From a virus (taxonomy: Duplodnaviria; Caudoviricetes): DNA of 57,527 bases. This document shows, in pieces, positions 55,452-57,527 of the stretch. The stretch spans positions 1-57,527 of the IMG/VR virus record IMGVR_UViG_3300032309_003728. One strand, written 5' to 3'. A model generated the notes under the pieces. It ran no database searches, had not been told where the DNA came from, and worked only from the letters and a program-made list of their open reading frames with translations. Numbering within the stretch: position 1 is the stretch's first letter; every line of letters starts with the position of its first letter. A program made the translations under genes and the position numbers.

Positions 55452-57527
55452 TTATACTCTATTTCCATCTTGATTAAATAAATACCAATCCTGACTTACT
55501 CCTGAAGGGTTATTAATTGATGTGTCTTTAGTATAATAATAAGCAGGACGACCATTTATTGTTAAATAATTTGCGTTGATAACTTCAGAATATGCATATC
55601 CAATATTTGCGTTTACATCTGCTTCTTTGTCTAGGGTGCCTTCTACTATTACGAGATTCCAAGGGTTTGTAGTAACACTTATAGATAAATCAAAATTAAA
55701 TGCTTGATAACGTATTTGGTCATTTGGGATAAATCTTGCTGGATAAATAAAAGTTCCTAAGTTTAAAACTCTTAAATTAGTATTTGCCCAAACAAAAGAT
55801 CCAGGAACACTTGCGGCACCACTTAAAATTAGAGAATAAGACAATTTTTGTCCATTAAAAATTGATTGAGCTTGAGGTTGAGTAGTAATAGTAGGTAATC
55901 TTTTTAAAATATTTAAATTTTGAATAACTGGAGTTGCAGCATTGTAAAGATCGTTACCAGTTTGACTAGCAGTTATTTGAACTAATCCAGGTTCTAATAC
56001 TGTTGCTATATTTCCATTTATTGTTAAAGAATTTGTGTTATTACCACTATATGTTATAGGAAGGTTTGAGTCTGAAGATCCTTGCAAAATAAAATCTGGA
56101 TCTAAATAACTTTTATTTGATAAGGCGGAAAATGTTATGATTTGATCGCCTTTTGTGATAGTTAATCTTTGAGATACAGGATCAGCTATATTATAATTAT
56201 TATTACCAACTTGATAACCAGTCAAATCCACAACTCCTGTATTTATGAATTTAATGAAAGTATCATCTAATACTCCACTAGCAATACCAGAGTCGCTACT
56301 AGTATAACTAACTGCTAAATTAGAAGAAGCAGATGCTCCAGGATTATATGGTATATCAACAAATTTTGTAGTTGCTACGCTTGTGAAGGTTAAAGTTTGA
56401 TTTAATTTATTAACCAATAAATCTTGAGTTACAGGCTGTGAGGTTTTATAAAAAATATTTCCAACTTGAGTAGCAGTAATAGTAGTAGTCCCAGCTCCAA
56501 CGATACTAACAGTACTTCCATTTATGGTTGCAACATTGGTATTGCTACTAGTATAAGTTACTGCAAGATTCGAACTTGCTGTTGCAGTCAAAGAAAAAGC
56601 GGTGTCTCCGTAAGTTTTGTCTGGTATACTTGAGAAAGTGATAGTTTGATCTAATTTGTTAACAAACAAATTTCTTACTGAAGATGTTGGATTGTAAATA
56701 CTATCTCCAGCTTGAGTAGCAGTAATAATAGTAGTACCACCTCCAACTATTGTAACAGTACTTCCATTTATGGTTGCAACATTGGTGTTGCTACTAGTAT
56801 AAGTTACTGGAAGACTTGAGCTTGCTGTTGCAGTTAAAGAGAAAGCGGAATCTCCGTAAGTTTTATCTGGTATATCTACAAAGTTTATAATTTGGTTAAG
56901 TTTATTAACTGTAAAAGTTTGACTTACTGAAGTTGCAGCAGCGTAACTACTATCTCCAGCTTGAGTAGCAGTTATAGTTATTATTCCAACATTAACAATA
57001 GTAACAGTGCTTCCATCTATGGTTGCAACATTAGTATTGCTACTAGTATAAGTTACTGCAAGATTTGAGCTTGCTGTTGCAGTTAAAGAGAAAGGAGAAT
57101 CTCCGTAAGTTTTATCTGGTATACTTGAGAAAGTGATAGTTTGATTTAGTTTATTAACTGATAAAGTTTTTGTTAAAGAAACTTGATCGTAAGAATCATC
57201 TCCAGCTTGAGTAGCAGTAATAATAGTAGTACCACCTCCAACTATTGTAACAGTACTTCCATTTATGGTTGCAACATTGGTATTGCTACTAGTATAAGTT
57301 ACTGGAAGACTTGAGCTTGCTGTTGCAGTTAAAGAGAAAGGAGCGTCTCCGTAAGTTTTTGATAAATCTGTAAAGTTTGTTAAACTTTGAGGAATTCTAC
57401 TAATATAAACTCCTTGGTTTGTGATTATTTTATCTCCGCTTCCAACAACATCAAAATATTTACCAAATTGAGTGTTGTATCCACCTGCACCTGTTATTTT
57501 GTGACATAAAATCCAATTATTATTTTG
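55452..57527 (-). CDS. large Ig-repeat virion/adhesin protein, 5' end beyond the window edge
   Basis: Manual translation shows the frame of ORF 55452..56669 stays open to 57527 (QNNNWILCHKITG...KTYGD.PFSLTATASS.L.VTYTSSNTNVATI repeats). The TTG start in the ORF track is internal. Confidence 0.8.
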   Translation of the reverse strand, partial: QNNNWILCHKITGAGGYNTQFGKYFDVVGSGDKIITNQGVYISRIPQSLTNFTDLSKTYGDAPFSLTATASSSLPVTYTSSNTNVATINGSTVTIVGGGTTIITATQAGDDSYDQVSLTKTLSVNKLNQTITFSSIPDKTYGDSPFSLTATASSNLAVTYTSSNTNVATIDGSTVTIVNVGIITITATQAGDSSYAAATSVSQTFTVNKLNQIINFVDIPDKTYGDSAFSLTATASSSLPVTYTSSNTNVATINGSTVTIVGGGTTIITATQAGDSIYNPTSSVRNLFVNKLDQTITFSSIPDKTYGDTAFSLTATASSNLAVTYTSSNTNVATINGSTVSIVGAGTTTITATQVGNIFYKTSQPVTQDLLVNKLNQTLTFTSVATTKFVDIPYNPGASASSNLAVSYTSSDSGIASGVLDDTFIKFINTGVVDLTGYQVGNNNYNIADPVSQRLTITKGDQIITFSALSNKSYLDPDFILQGSSDSNLPITYSGNNTNSLTINGNIATVLEPGLVQITASQTGNDLYNAATPVIQNLNILKRLPTITTQPQAQSIFNGQKLSYSLILSGAASVPGSFVWANTNLRVLNLGTFIYPARFIPNDQIRYQAFNFDLSISVTTNPWNLVIVEGTLDKEADVNANIGYAYSEVINANYLTINGRPAYYYTKDTSINNPSGVSQDWYLFNQDGNRV
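56400..57390 (-). repeat. four ~246-249-bp tandem repeats encoding Ig-like domains
   Basis: The GTAAG of CTCCGTAAG sits at 56610, 56856, 57105 and 57351, with near-identical flanks. Confidence 0.85.

Noticed and set aside
55452-56669. 405-aa protein starting at TTG 56669
   Set aside because: The frame is open to the window edge, so the TTG is an internal Leu codon of a longer gene.
40941-57390. CRISPR array or diversity-generating retroelement in the repeat-rich right arm
   Set aside because: The repeats are in-frame coding units (117, 120 and ~246 bp) without unique spacers. No reverse transcriptase or non-coding template repeat with A-specific mismatches is evident in the window.
1-57527. 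Stop-codon reassignment (alternative genetic code)
   Set aside because: Conserved genes are full length under code 11, coding density is high, and TAA, TGA and TAG each end genes at sensible positions.
1-57527. Bacterial chromosome or eukaryotic giant virus origin
   Set aside because: Divergent phage-style replication genes, a stand-alone sigma factor, dense short hypothetical genes and no housekeeping operons argue against a bacterial chromosome. Sigma70 promoters, tmRNA and DnaE/DnaB argue against a eukaryotic virus. No capsid or terminase gene is in the window, so the phage call remains an inference.

Overview
Segment of a large, AT-rich (roughly 25-30% GC by eye) tailed dsDNA phage genome, standard genetic code, with no rRNA, CRISPR array or IS element visible. 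Positions 1-16.3 kb hold a tmRNA followed by an HNH-like endonuclease, nucleotide metabolism genes (PurA, IMPDH/GMP-reductase family enzyme, dCMP deaminase, dNMP kinase, class Ia ribonucleotide reductase), glycosyltransferases and a phage sigma70-family factor. An unannotated ~290-nt GC-enriched, highly structured non-coding segment with its own promoter lies upstream of nrdA. Positions 16.3-35.9 kb (+ strand) hold a sugar/glycosylation block (GT34-like, Gmd, Glf, methyltransferase) and a replication/recombination block: RecA-like, DnaB, ThyX, primase, PD-(D/E)XK nucleases, and a DnaE-type polymerase split into PHP, exonuclease and core genes. More glycosyltransferases follow, including an apparently split GT9. 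Positions 35.9-57.5 kb (- strand) encode large modular, probably virion-surface proteins with RCC1/BLIP-II-like 7-blade propellers, an FG-GAP propeller, Ig-like repeats, cupredoxin-like domains and poly-Ser linkers. Two regulatory motif classes recur: near-consensus sigma70 promoters that mostly predict leaderless mRNAs, and an intergenic GTGTAA motif that is a candidate phage late promoter. All calls come from motif recognition by eye; no database search was run.
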